NCBI GenBank assembly: GCA_041648595.1
Contig: JBAZOQ010000002.1
Coordinates: forward strand, 10,446 to 74,445
Direction: 5' to 3'
Length of the DNA stretch: 64,000 nucleotides
From: Minisyncoccota bacterium
GTDB taxonomy: Bacteria; Patescibacteriota; Minisyncoccia; Phycocordibacterales; UBA9973
The notes below the pieces were generated by a model. It was not told where the DNA came from and made no database searches. It saw nothing but the letters and a program-made list of their open reading frames with translations. The stretch's first letter is position 1. Every line of letters starts with the position of its first letter. The translations under genes were made by a program, and so were the position numbers. Shown here piece by piece: positions 1 through 10,500 of the stretch.

Positions 1-622
1 TTTTCGGTACAAAAGAAAACCATTCTGGAAAACTTCCTAAAAATATAAAAATTGAAAAAATACTACCAAAAATAAGTTTAATCTTAAGTGTTTTTAATTG
101 TTTTTCTCTTTCTGTTTTTTCTTTATCTAAAAGATCTTCAGCTTCACCTTCTTCTTTTATTGGTTTATAGCCCGCATCAAAAATAACTTTAAAAATATCA
201 TCAATAGAGGTTAAAGAAGAATCAAAAACCACTTTTGCTCGACTATTTGAAAAATCAACATCAATATTAGTTATTCCTGGTAATTTTTTTATGGCTCCCT
301 CTACAACCATAGCACAATGTGGAGAATCCATACCTAATACTTTTATTGAAATTATTTGATTATTACTACCAACAACTATTTTTGAGATTTTAATAGAATT
401 AACATCATTATTTCTAACGACAAGATGATACCCCGCTTCGTCTACTATCTTTACAAGATTTACCTCAGTTATAATATTTTCATCAAATTCAATCAATGCC
501 GACTCTGACGCAAAATTAACTGAAGCAAAATGAACTCCACTTGTTTTTGAAAGTACTTTTTCAATTGTTGCGACACAACTTGCACAATGCATTCCATTTA
601 TTTTATATGTTTCTTTTTTCAT
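1..622 (-). CDS. copA: Heavy-metal (Cu) P-type ATPase, N-terminal part; runs off the window edge
   Basis: Hand translation from ATG at 622 gives MKKETYKINGMHCASCVATIEK (HMA domain) and a second HMA-like domain (GMDSPHCAMVVE); adjacent to csoR. Confidence 0.85.
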   Translation of the reverse strand, partial: MKKETYKINGMHCASCVATIEKVLSKTSGVHFASVNFASESALIEFDENIITEVNLVKIVDEAGYHLVVRNNDVNSIKISKIVVGSNNQIISIKVLGMDSPHCAMVVEGAIKKLPGITNIDVDFSNSRAKVVFDSSLTSIDDIFKVIFDAGYKPIKEEGEAEDLLDKEKTEREKQLKTLKIKLIFGSIFSIFIFLGSFPEWFSFVPK

Positions 623-624
623 AT

Positions 625-891
625 TTATTTTCTTTTAAGTTTATAAACTTTTAATATTTCAACTGTTGCCTTATCAATTTCCCCCATTTTAATTTGATGA
701 ATTACATGAGTAGAAATATGGTTTTCTAAAATTAAATCTTCAACACTAGATAATGCCTTTTTTACTGCACTAGTTTGAGTGATAACATCAATACAATATT
801 TTTCTTTCTCAATCATTTCACTTAAACCCCTGATTTGACCTTCAATAATTTTTAAACGTTTTAGTGTCTTTTCCTTTATTTTCTGATTCAT
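625..891 (-). CDS. csoR: CsoR/RcnR-family metal-sensing repressor
   Basis: RLKIIEGQIRGL...YCIDVITQ...H motif. Confidence 0.9.
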   Translation of the reverse strand: MNQKIKEKTLKRLKIIEGQIRGLSEMIEKEKYCIDVITQTSAVKKALSSVEDLILENHISTHVIHQIKMGEIDKATVEILKVYKLKRK

Positions 892-901
892 GATTCTATC
901 C

Positions 902-920
902 TATACCCCCTAGGGGTATA
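902..920. promoter_or_regulatory. CsoR operator
   Basis: TATACCCC-CTA-GGGGTATA pseudo-palindrome directly upstream of csoR-copA, matching the known C-tract/G-tract CsoR operator type. Confidence 0.75.
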
Positions 921-944
921 AGTCAAGCAATACTGTGGAAAACT

Positions 945-1070
945 AAAAAACATCACAAATAGTGCTTTTTTCTACTCAAAAAATATAAATTAGTGCTTTC
1001 TGCAACATACGCTTCTTAAAGTTAGTTTATTGTTTCCAGGTTGATATGCGAGTTGCAAGAAAGCAGTTAA
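945..1070. repeat. Structured repeat, copy A (related to 3130-3236)
   Basis: Shares AAAACATCACAAATAGTGCTTTT and TAGTGCTTT..CATACGC..CAGGTT..TGCGAG..AAAGCAG with copy B. Confidence 0.6.
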
Positions 1071-1071
1071 T

Positions 1072-1782
1072 TTATATTTTTTTAGTTGTATTTTCAGAGG
1101 GTACAACTTCCCCAGATTTTGTTTCTTGAAGTTTAAAAGATTCTTTTATCATAGATTCAAGTTCATCTATACCATGAAAACCAGTTAATACTTCTTCATC
1201 AATAACTAAAGCAGGAAGTTTTGTATCTTCTATTTTATATATCTGAAGCATTGATTTCACAGCAGAAAGATCAATACTATAATCGAAAGAATAAACACGC
1301 AATTCTCCATACCTATCTCTAAGTGCAGAAAGAACTAATCCTTGTTTTTCACACTCACTACAATTTTCTGCTGTTGTATAAAAATAAAGAATAAAAGCAG
1401 ATTTCGTTTTACAACGTGTAGAAATATTTTTTGTCAAAAGATAATCCTTAATTTCAAGTAAGGAATAATATTTCTTCAAATACAGGACTGTATCTGTCAT
1501 ACCGAGATTCTCTTGTCCCCATTCCAACTTACTTCCAAGATCTCCAAGTTCACCAGAAATAACAGAATCAGAAATATTTTTACAAGAAAGTTCAGAAAGT
1601 AATGAAAACTGAGTTTCTGAAGATAAAATATCTATAGATATTTTATCTTGAATTAATTTCAATTGATCAACTTTTTTATTACTAAAATAATTACCAATAT
1701 AACTAGCACTTAAAAAAAGTGTAACTGTAATCAAAAACACAATTAAATATTTTTTCCAATCAATATAATTATTTTGTTCCAT
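1072..1782 (-). CDS. Membrane-anchored protein with C-terminal thioredoxin-like CxxC
   Basis: N-terminal TM helix; YFY..CSEC..LPALVI. Confidence 0.6.
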   Translation of the reverse strand: MEQNNYIDWKKYLIVFLITVTLFLSASYIGNYFSNKKVDQLKLIQDKISIDILSSETQFSLLSELSCKNISDSVISGELGDLGSKLEWGQENLGMTDTVLYLKKYYSLLEIKDYLLTKNISTRCKTKSAFILYFYTTAENCSECEKQGLVLSALRDRYGELRVYSFDYSIDLSAVKSMLQIYKIEDTKLPALVIDEEVLTGFHGIDELESMIKESFKLQETKSGEVVPSENTTKKI

Positions 1783-1839
1783 ATCTTTTATTAAAATTAA
1801 ACTTTCTACTTTATAAACTTTATGACTTTTTACTACTAA

Positions 1840-3180
1840 TTACCTCCACGCTGGTTTTCTGGAAAAAATGGTATTGTATGTTGCTTTAAAAAGCCAAAAT
1901 GGACCAATAATAGTAAAAATAATAAAATAATAAAATATACCTAATATATAATTATTTTTATCATTAGCCATTTTTCTACCTAAGATAATTGAAAATAATA
2001 CCAAAGCATAAAGTATTAAAGATATAAAAAAAAGAGATTGCGTATTAATAAAAAATGGATCAAAAAAATTCATTTTATTTGATAGATGAAAACCAATAAC
2101 TTCAAATTGTGTAATCTTTGAAAATAAAAAATCAATAAAATTATATGCTATTTTCCCAAGAATATAACAAACAGCTACAAAAGATATTATTATCATTGGT
2201 AATGTAAAAAAAGAAAAATTACCATATTTTTTTTTAAAAATTAATCCACGATAGTCAATCGTATTATTTATTGATCCATAAATCCAACGTACTCTTTGTT
2301 TATAAAGTTTTACTACAGAAATAGGTGTATTGGTATATACATAAGCATCATTACACTGTTCTATTTTATAATTATTTTTCTGCATTCTATAAGCAATCTC
2401 CATGTCTTCTGTATTATGAGCATGTTTATAAGGACCTAAATCATCAAAAACTTTTTTACGAAAAATAGTAAAAGGTCCTGGAGTTACATGAATAGCTCCC
2501 AAAAAACCTAACATTTTTTTCATATAAACAGCTAAAAAATACTCTGCCTCCTGAGCTTTTTGAATAAAATTTTTAGAATTAACAGCTATTATAGACGGAG
2601 CCACTGCCATTACAGTAGGATCTTTTTCAAAATAACTCATAATACGAACTAATGAGTCTCTATCAACAACAGAATCAGCATCAAGACATCCTAAAAAATC
2701 TGTTTCAACGTGTTCCAATCCTAGGTTGAGAGCAGTATATTTTCCACCATTTTCTTTATTAAAAACACTCACATTAGGAAACTTAGTAAATTTTGAAATT
2801 ACATTCCAGGTTTTATCAGTAGAACCATCATTAATTAAAAAAATTTTAATTTTATCTTTTGGATAATTTAAATCTAAAATTGAACGTATAGTTTTATAAA
2901 TAGTCTTTTCTTCATTCCAAGCAGGCACAAGAATCGTTACTTTTGGATATTTAGAAAGTTTATTACATCCATTTCTAGTAATTATTTTTTTTCTATTATC
3001 TAAAAACGTAACTAAAAAAAATACCTGCACATAAACAGACAAAAAAGTCAAAAAATAAAGAATAATATCTGGAATTGAAGCCATATTATATATAAATAAT
3101 ATAACATTTATAGACAAAAAAGCAAATAAAAAAAACATCACAAATAGTGCTTTTTTCGGCATACGCAATATTAGATTCAT
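1840..3180 (-). CDS. GT2 processive glycosyltransferase (PgaC/IcaA/cellulose-synthase-like); true start probably further downstream
   Basis: VPAWNE, DGSTD, DAD, TED and QRVRW motifs plus TM helices. Confidence 0.9.
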   Translation of the reverse strand: MNLILRMPKKALFVMFFLFAFLSINVILFIYNMASIPDIILYFLTFLSVYVQVFFLVTFLDNRKKIITRNGCNKLSKYPKVTILVPAWNEEKTIYKTIRSILDLNYPKDKIKIFLINDGSTDKTWNVISKFTKFPNVSVFNKENGGKYTALNLGLEHVETDFLGCLDADSVVDRDSLVRIMSYFEKDPTVMAVAPSIIAVNSKNFIQKAQEAEYFLAVYMKKMLGFLGAIHVTPGPFTIFRKKVFDDLGPYKHAHNTEDMEIAYRMQKNNYKIEQCNDAYVYTNTPISVVKLYKQRVRWIYGSINNTIDYRGLIFKKKYGNFSFFTLPMIIISFVAVCYILGKIAYNFIDFLFSKITQFEVIGFHLSNKMNFFDPFFINTQSLFFISLILYALVLFSIILGRKMANDKNNYILGIFYYFIIFTIIGPFWLFKATYNTIFSRKPAWR

Positions 3181-3236
3181 AAACCATTGTCAGGTTCGAG
3201 TGCGAGCCGTTAAAAAGCAGCTATTTGTGATGTTTT
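3130..3236. repeat. Structured repeat, copy B (long imperfect hairpin)
   Basis: AAAACATCACAAATAGTGCTTTTT...AAAAAGCAGCTATTTGTGATGTTTT inverted arms. Confidence 0.65.
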
Positions 3237-3270
3237 CAATAATTTGTATTTTTTTAAAAAACCACCTTAA

Positions 3271-3570
3271 TTACATACTTCCTTCCATCTTTGGAGCTTC
3301 AGCCTCACAAGAAGCACAAACACCATCTACGCATTTTCCACACTTACAACCAAAAGCTAACATAACAGCAGATATACCAACCAAGATATAAATTACTGCT
3401 TCTAATGTTGGTATAGAACCTACAATCATATTTACAACATTCCAACCACCAACAACACCTAGAAGCATTCCTAGTCCTACCAAACCCCAGTTTATTCCTC
3501 CTATAACTACGAGAACTTTAGCAATCATAGCCATAGTACAACCACCTTTTTTACAACAATCTTTACACAT
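3271..3570 (-). CDS. DUF378-family small membrane protein with Cys-rich termini
   Basis: LVVIGGINWGLVG...IYILVGISA. Confidence 0.75.
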   Translation of the reverse strand: MCKDCCKKGGCTMAMIAKVLVVIGGINWGLVGLGMLLGVVGGWNVVNMIVGSIPTLEAVIYILVGISAVMLAFGCKCGKCVDGVCASCEAEAPKMEGSM

Positions 3571-3749
3571 AATTTTTTAGGCTTTAGGAAATCTAGGCTC
3601 TAGGCTTTAGCTTTTTAATTTAGCTAGTGCCTAACGCCTAACGCCTAGTGCCTATCTTAACTTATAATATTCCTACTTAAACGACGATTTAAATAGTTTT
3701 TAATAATATAAATTAATTATAGCATATCTAAAAAATAAAATAATACTTT

Positions 3750-4964
3750 TTAATCAAAGTAATTTTTAAGGCGAGCTATTTTTTCATGCTGACGAAGTTT
3801 TTCGTGAACTTTTGCCTCAATCTGACGAATACGTTCACGCGTCACTCCAAACTCTTCCCCTACTCTCTCTAAGGTGTGCTGTATACCATCAACAAGACCA
3901 TAACGCATTTCAAGAATTTTACATTCTTTTGGATTAAGTTCATTCAAAACTTCACGAATCTGGTCAGATAAAATTCTTCTAGAAGATTCTTGGTCCGGAC
4001 GTAAAATTTTATCATCAGGAATAAAATTTTCAAGAGTTGATTTATCATCATCATCTCCTACTGGTTGTTCAAGAGAAATAGTTTCTTGACTAATATTTTC
4101 AATCACATGAATTTTTTCAATAGGAATACCCATTTCTGTAGCGATCTCTTCTGCTAATGGTTCACGTCCTAGGTCTTGACTGAGTCTTCTATAAACTTGT
4201 TTATATTTTGAAATAGTTTCTACCATATGCACTGGAATACGAATAGTTCTACTTTGATCAGCAAGCGCTCGAGTAATAGATTGACGAATCCACCAAGTTG
4301 CATAAGTTGAAAATTTATATCCTTTAGTCCAATCAAATTTTTCAACAGCTTTAAATAACCCCAGATTTCCCTCTTGAATTAAATCTAAAAGACTTAAATT
4401 AGCGCTTCTTCCTACATATTTTTTAGCAATAGAAACCACAAGGCGTAAATTTGCTCGTGCTAATAAATTTTTTGCTTCTTCGTCACCTAATTCTATACGT
4501 TTAGCAAGATCCTTTTCATCACCAGCACGAATAAGTGAATACTGTCCTATTTCTTTTAAATACATTTGAATAGAATCATGTATTGTAGATTTATTTAAAT
4601 CTTTATCAGAAATATCATTATCAAGATTCAGTAAATTTCCACCCTCTAGTACATCTATCCCAGCAACTGAAAATTTTTCATAAAGTTCATCCAAAAAGAA
4701 AATATTGTTTTCAATATCAGGAAAAGTTTTTAATATTTCGTCATAAGTAACAAATCCTCTCTTGCGTCCTTTTTCTATAAGATCACTCGAAACCTTTGCA
4801 AACCCTTCAGCCCTTTTTTCTGCTGCAGTTGTTTTTTTTGTAACCTTTTTTCCTATTTTTTTTATTTTTTTAGTAATTTTTACTTTTTTTATCTTTTTTA
4901 CAATCTTTCTAAGAGGTTTTTTACTAAACTTTTTTATTTTTTTATTTTTTATTTTTTTCTTCAT
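3750..4964 (-). CDS. rpoD: Primary sigma factor (sigma70)
   Basis: [43 protein letters not shown]; start placed at ATG 4964 next to the MITE. Confidence 0.95.
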   Translation of the reverse strand: MKKKIKNKKIKKFSKKPLRKIVKKIKKVKITKKIKKIGKKVTKKTTAAEKRAEGFAKVSSDLIEKGRKRGFVTYDEILKTFPDIENNIFFLDELYEKFSVAGIDVLEGGNLLNLDNDISDKDLNKSTIHDSIQMYLKEIGQYSLIRAGDEKDLAKRIELGDEEAKNLLARANLRLVVSIAKKYVGRSANLSLLDLIQEGNLGLFKAVEKFDWTKGYKFSTYATWWIRQSITRALADQSRTIRIPVHMVETISKYKQVYRRLSQDLGREPLAEEIATEMGIPIEKIHVIENISQETISLEQPVGDDDDKSTLENFIPDDKILRPDQESSRRILSDQIREVLNELNPKECKILEMRYGLVDGIQHTLERVGEEFGVTRERIRQIEAKVHEKLRQHEKIARLKNYFD

Positions 4965-5073
4965 CCCGTTAGAGGCAGGTCGCGTTCGCTTTGAACTTAA
5001 ACTCTGCATTAAATTAACTAATAATAATATTTACATTCTTTTTTCCCGTATGCGACCGCGGCCTCTAACGGGA
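4965..5073. mobile_element. CCCGTTAG MITE at the rpoD start codon
   Basis: TIR CCCGTTAGAGGC/GCCTCTAACGGG flanked by TTCAT direct repeats (4960-4964, 5074-5078). Confidence 0.7.
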
Positions 5074-5082
5074 TTCATATCT

Positions 5083-6852
5083 TTATTTCCGACCATTTCT
5101 AATTTCTTCTTTCTTTTTATTTATCTCATTTATTTTTTTAAAAATCTCCTCTTCTCCTTCTTTTCCTTTTAACTTTTGAAATTCCATCATTTTTTGAATT
5201 AATTCTTCATTTAAATATTCTTCTTCTATGTTTAACAACATTTCATTCACGTCTTTAATTAAATTTTCATCATTGGAATAAAATTCTTCTGCTTCATAAA
5301 TTAAATCTTCTTTAATATTATTAAAATTTTCTTTAACTTTTTCTAATTTTTCAAAAATTAATTTGGTATCTATTTTTTTTGTTTTTAAACCATCTTGCCA
5401 AAAAGCTATACCCAATAATCTACGTTCAATTGGATCTTTTCTTAATTTTTTTTCTACATTCTCGAGAGCGTTTTTCGTATCTTCTTTTTCATTTTTTAAT
5501 TCAATCTCAACTTTTTTAAGATCTTCAAAAAGAGCACTTGAGGTTATTCCAGATTTATTACTAATTAATGTAATAAAGTGTGATTTTTCTATAGAACTTT
5601 CTAAATCATTAACAAAAGGCAAAATACGTTCTTTTATTCCTCTACCAACCTTTCTACTATCACCAATTGCATCTTTTAAAATTCTTTCCAACATAAATTC
5701 AATAAAATGTTTCGAATCTCGTATTGCTTCACGCCAAGCATCAACACCTTTTTGGGAAATTAAATCAGCTGGATCCATACTCTCTGGCATATTTGCAACT
5801 TTTACGTCCATCCCTAAAGATAAAGCAATCTTTGCAAAACGATTTGTTGCATTTATACCTGCCTTATCTGCATCATAAGCTAGAACAATATTTTTTGATA
5901 ATCTTGTAATAAGTCCAAGATTATTTATAATATTTTCTTTTGATATAAGCGTATCCGTCATAGCTGTGCCAGAAGATGCTACTGTATTCCTAAATCCTGC
6001 TTGGTGTGACAAAATCAAATCCATCTGACCTTCAACTAAAATAGAAAAATTATTTTTTCTAATAGCATCTTTAGCTTTATCTATACCAAAAAGTACAGAA
6101 GATTTATTAAATATTGGGGTTTCTGGACTATTTAAATATTTTGCAGACTTTCCATCGTCTTCAAATATTCTTCCAGAAAAAGCAATAACACGGCTACTTG
6201 AATCAGAAATTGGAAACATTATCCGGCCGCGGAATCTATCATAGAAACCTTTTTCAGCCCCGCCTAGGCTCGGCGAGGCTGGCTTTTTTATAAGTCCAGC
6301 TTTCTCTATATCCGTATCAATAAAACCTTTTTTGTTGAGATAAGAATAAAGTAATCTCCAATCATTTTTTATAAATCCAATTCTAAAATCTTTTATCGTA
6401 TCATCAGTTAAACCACGAGATTTCAAATACTCTAAAACTTCTTTACCTGCCCCGTAGGAAGCTACGTGCTTTCCTTCGGGGTTCCCTACTAAATTATTTT
6501 CAAAAAATTTAGTAGCCTCTTCCATAATCCTATATAATTTTTCTTTTTCTCCTTCCTTTTCCTTATTATATTCTCCAAGTTTTACTCCTGCTCTTTCTGC
6601 TAAAATTTTTAATGCACCCTTAAAATCAAGTCCTTCAAATTCTTCAATAAAAGTAAAAATATCTCCCTTAGCGCCACAACCAAAACAATAATAACTATTG
6701 CGTTCTGGAGAAACAAAAAAGGACGGTGATTTTTCATTATGAAATGGACATCTAGCTTTGAAATTTACACCAACTTGGTCTAATTTTATGTAAGAAGAGA
6801 CTACTTCTTCAATTGATAGTCTATCCTTAATTTGTTGAACGGGAGAATTCAT
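5083..6852 (-). CDS. dnaG: DNA primase
   Basis: CPFHNEKSPSF zinc finger, YDRFRGRIMFPI, KYLNSPET, EGQMD, DADKAG. Confidence 0.97.
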   Translation of the reverse strand: MNSPVQQIKDRLSIEEVVSSYIKLDQVGVNFKARCPFHNEKSPSFFVSPERNSYYCFGCGAKGDIFTFIEEFEGLDFKGALKILAERAGVKLGEYNKEKEGEKEKLYRIMEEATKFFENNLVGNPEGKHVASYGAGKEVLEYLKSRGLTDDTIKDFRIGFIKNDWRLLYSYLNKKGFIDTDIEKAGLIKKPASPSLGGAEKGFYDRFRGRIMFPISDSSSRVIAFSGRIFEDDGKSAKYLNSPETPIFNKSSVLFGIDKAKDAIRKNNFSILVEGQMDLILSHQAGFRNTVASSGTAMTDTLISKENIINNLGLITRLSKNIVLAYDADKAGINATNRFAKIALSLGMDVKVANMPESMDPADLISQKGVDAWREAIRDSKHFIEFMLERILKDAIGDSRKVGRGIKERILPFVNDLESSIEKSHFITLISNKSGITSSALFEDLKKVEIELKNEKEDTKNALENVEKKLRKDPIERRLLGIAFWQDGLKTKKIDTKLIFEKLEKVKENFNNIKEDLIYEAEEFYSNDENLIKDVNEMLLNIEEEYLNEELIQKMMEFQKLKGKEGEEEIFKKINEINKKKEEIRNGRK

Positions 6853-6865
6853 AATAGTTTTTCGC

Positions 6866-6960
6866 TTGACATTTGTTTTTAATTTGCTATTATACTAATA
6901 TATCACCAACAGAAGAGACTACCCCTTAAGGTTTCGTCCTTATGGGGTCTTTTCTTTTTT
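6866..6960 (+). ncRNA. Candidate small RNA convergent with and overlapping the NYN stop codon (promoter included)
   Basis: TTGACA 6866-6871 plus TGCTATTATACT -10 region, then a GC hairpin CCCCTTAAGG-TTTCGT-CCTTATGGGG and a T tract. Confidence 0.45.
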
Positions 6961-7449
6961 ATACTCTAATTTAACTCTTAAATCATTTAAAAACCTTAAG
7001 TATGGACGGCAAATTTTAAATTTAAGTAAGGCAGAAAATTTTAAACGATTAGGAACAATAATTACCTGTAACTTTTTTTGTTCTATCAAATACTTTACTA
7101 AACAATAAAAATCACCATCACCTGTCACAATAACTGCTTTTTCATAATTAGAATATTCAATCATTGTTTGTAAAACTAATTCAGCATCACAATTTCCTTT
7201 TGTTGTTCCATCTTTATATTTTAGTGTAGGTTTAAAAATACAAATAAATCCAGCTTCCTGTAAAGATTTATAAAGATCATTGTTTCCTTCTACATAACCA
7301 ATAAAAAGAAACGCTTTTGAAACACTATATTTATCTTTTAAATACACACGAAAGTGCTTAAAATTTAAATTCCAGCCTAAACTACGAATACTTAAATTTA
7401 AATTCTGACTGTCTATAAAAGCATAATTATTTTTTTGCTTATTTGACAT
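6940..7449 (-). CDS. NYN (LabA/DUF88, PIN-fold) ribonuclease
   Basis: FIDSQNL, KGNCDAELV, VTGDGDF motifs. Confidence 0.9.
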   Translation of the reverse strand: MSNKQKNNYAFIDSQNLNLSIRSLGWNLNFKHFRVYLKDKYSVSKAFLFIGYVEGNNDLYKSLQEAGFICIFKPTLKYKDGTTKGNCDAELVLQTMIEYSNYEKAVIVTGDGDFYCLVKYLIEQKKLQVIIVPNRLKFSALLKFKICRPYLRFLNDLRVKLEYKKEKTP

Positions 7450-7522
7450 ATTTTTGTATCTAAAATACTTTATTTACAATATTTTAAGTCTCTAAAAATT
7501 TTATGCAAGTGAGTTTTATTTT

Positions 7523-10500
7523 TTATTCCTCCTCTTTAGGAGAAATAGTTCTGCTCTTAAATCCAGTTCCTGCTGGAATCAAACGTCCGATAATAACATT
7601 CTCCTTCAATCCTCGGAGTGAGTCAATCCCACCCTTCACTGCATTCTCTATAAGAACACGATTGGTATTTTGGAATGATGCAGCTGACAACCAACTCTTT
7701 GTACGTAAAGATACTTCAGTAATACCAAGTACTATTATTTCTGCTTTTGCTTCTTGTTGTTTTAATTTAACAATTCTCTCGTTCTCTTCAATAAATGCAG
7801 TATTCTCAACAATATCACCTATGGAAAAATTGGTTTCACCTGAATCTTTTATTTTTCTACGTGAAAACATTTGACGAATAATTATTTCAGTATGCTTTCT
7901 AGAGATCGATGCACTTTGAAGTTCATAAACTTTATTTATTTCTCTTATTATATATTCTTCCACCATCTCCTTAGTTCCAAACTTAAATATTCCAGCTATA
8001 TCAGCAGACCCATCGGTTAGGAGTTCACCCTTTTTTACTTTTTGACCTACTTTTACTATTGGTGTTCTACGAAATGGTATTAAATATTCTACTTCGTTTG
8101 CTTTACCATCAACTTTACTATCAGAAAGTACTTTAATAATTTTTTCTTTTTCATCTTTATTTTTTATTTCAAAAACTTCTCCATCTGTTTCTGAAATTAT
8201 TGCTGGGTTTTTAGGAATTCTTCTTTCAAAAATTTCTTCAATACGAGGCAACCCTGTAGTTATGTCTGTACCGGCAACTCCTCCAGCGTGGAATGTTCTA
8301 AGAGTGAGCTGAGTACCTGGTTCTCCAATTGCTTGCGCAGCAATGATTCCAACAGCTTCTCCAAGATCAACTAAATGATTTCTTCCAAGGTCTAATCCAT
8401 AACACATTTGACAAAGACCATGGGTAGTACGACATGTGAGAGGAGAACGAACAAATACTTCTTCATAACCCGCTCCTTCAATATTGTGTGCTTCTTCTTT
8501 TGTAATTAAAAATCCTTTTTTATAAACTACTTTTCCAGCTTTATCTTTCAAATCGCCAGCAAGTACTCGTCCACGGATATTTTTTGATAATGGTATTTCA
8601 ATTCCAGAAATATTTTCTCGAGTTACTATTTTACCTTCTTTTGTTCCACAATCTTCTTCAGTTATAACCACATCTTGAGCAACATCAACTAAACGACGTG
8701 TAAGATATCCAGCCTTGGCAGTATTGAGCGCCGTATCTGATGCACCCTTACGAGCACCGTGTGTTGTAACGAAATATTCAATTGAAGAAAGTCCTTCAAA
8801 ATAACTAGGTATAATAGGAAATTCTAGTGTTCTGCCTTGATTATTTTGTATAAGACCTTTCATTCCAGCCATCTGTATTAAAGAAGTCATTGTGCCTCTA
8901 GCCCCAGAAGTAAATAAATCAAAAGTAGAACCATTTTTATTAAGTGTCTTAGGAAGAACTTTTTCTAATTCCTTTTTTGCATATGTCCAAATTTCAATAA
9001 TTTTTTGATATCTTTCTTCTTCAGAAAGTAAACCTTCATTCCATTGTGCTATTATCTTTTCTTCTAATTTTCTACCTTCTTCTACAATTTTTACTTTTTC
9101 AACTGGAACTTTAACGTTATCCAATCCCCAAGTTGTACCAGAAAAAGTCGAATATTTAAAACCAAAAGTTTTTATACTATCTAATATTGGAGGAGTCTCA
9201 TCCACACCATAATGCATGATAAGTTCGTCAACAAGTGAAGATAGTCTTGTTGATGTCATTTCGTCACCAACATAAGAAAAATCATTGGGTAATATACTAT
9301 TAAATAAAAGTTTCCCAACAGAAGTATCAAAAAAACCTTCCTCAAATTTATGATATTTATGACTATCTGTCGCTAAAACTTTTATTTTTGCCCTAAGAGA
9401 AATAATTCCATATTCATAAGCTGTTATTGCAGTATTTGGACTTGAAAAATATTTACCTTCACCTATCTCACCATCAACAGATTTTGTCATCCAATAAGAT
9501 CCAAGTACAATATCCTTACTAGGATGAACTATTGGGTCACCATTTTGAGGTTTAAGTAAGTTTTTATTAGCAGCCATTAAATTTTTAGCTTCAGCTTGAG
9601 CTTCATCCAATAATGGAACATAAACAGCCATCTGGTCTCCATCGAAATCAGCATTAAAAGCCTGACAAACAAGTGGGTGTACTTGAATAGCATTCCCTTC
9701 TATAAGAATAGGATTAAATGCTTGAATACCTAAACGATGAAGTGTCGGTGCACGATTTAAAAGAACATATTTTCCTTGAATAACTTCTTCAAGCATTGCC
9801 CAAACTTCTGGAGTACGCTCTTCTATAAGTTTATTTGCTCCACGAATATTAAATGCAAGTTCTGCTAGTAAAATTTTAGAAATTACAAAAGGTCTAAACA
9901 ATTCGAGAGCCATATGTTTTGGTAATCCACATTGATTAAGTTTAAGATCAGGACCAACAACAATAACAGATCGGCCTGAATAGTCTACACGTTTACCAAG
10001 TAAGTTTTGACGAAACAAACCTTGTTTTGATTTTAAATTATCAGACAATGATTTTAGTGGACGCTTTTGAGATTGGCTCATAGCAGCACTATCATTTTGT
10101 TTTGCAATTGAATTATCTATAAGAGCATCCACTGCTTCTTGAATAATTCTTTTCTCATTTCGCAGTATTACATCTGGTGCATTTATTTCTTTTAATTTTT
10201 TAAGACGATTGTTTCTATTTATTACTCTACGATAAAGATCATTCAAGTCCGAAGTAGCATGACGCCCACCATCGAGTGCTACCATTGGACGCAATACTGG
10301 AGGAATAACAGGAATTACAGTCAAAAACATCCACTCAGGCCTGATTCCAGCATATGTCATAGCACGGATAAGAGAAAGTCTTTTTTGTAATTTTTCTTTT
10401 TCTATAGCACTTGCTTTTTCAAGCATTTTTTCCGTATGATTTTTTAATTTATTTAAATCAAGATTTTTAAAAATAGAATAAATAGCTTCAGCTCCAATAT

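Noticed and set aside
4762-5909. Plus-strand ORFs opposite rpoD/dnaG, and similar antisense ORFs across rpoBC, smc, gyrB, ligA and pil genes
   Set aside because: Antisense shadows of well-supported genes, with F/S/I-rich composition mirroring K/E-rich sense codons.
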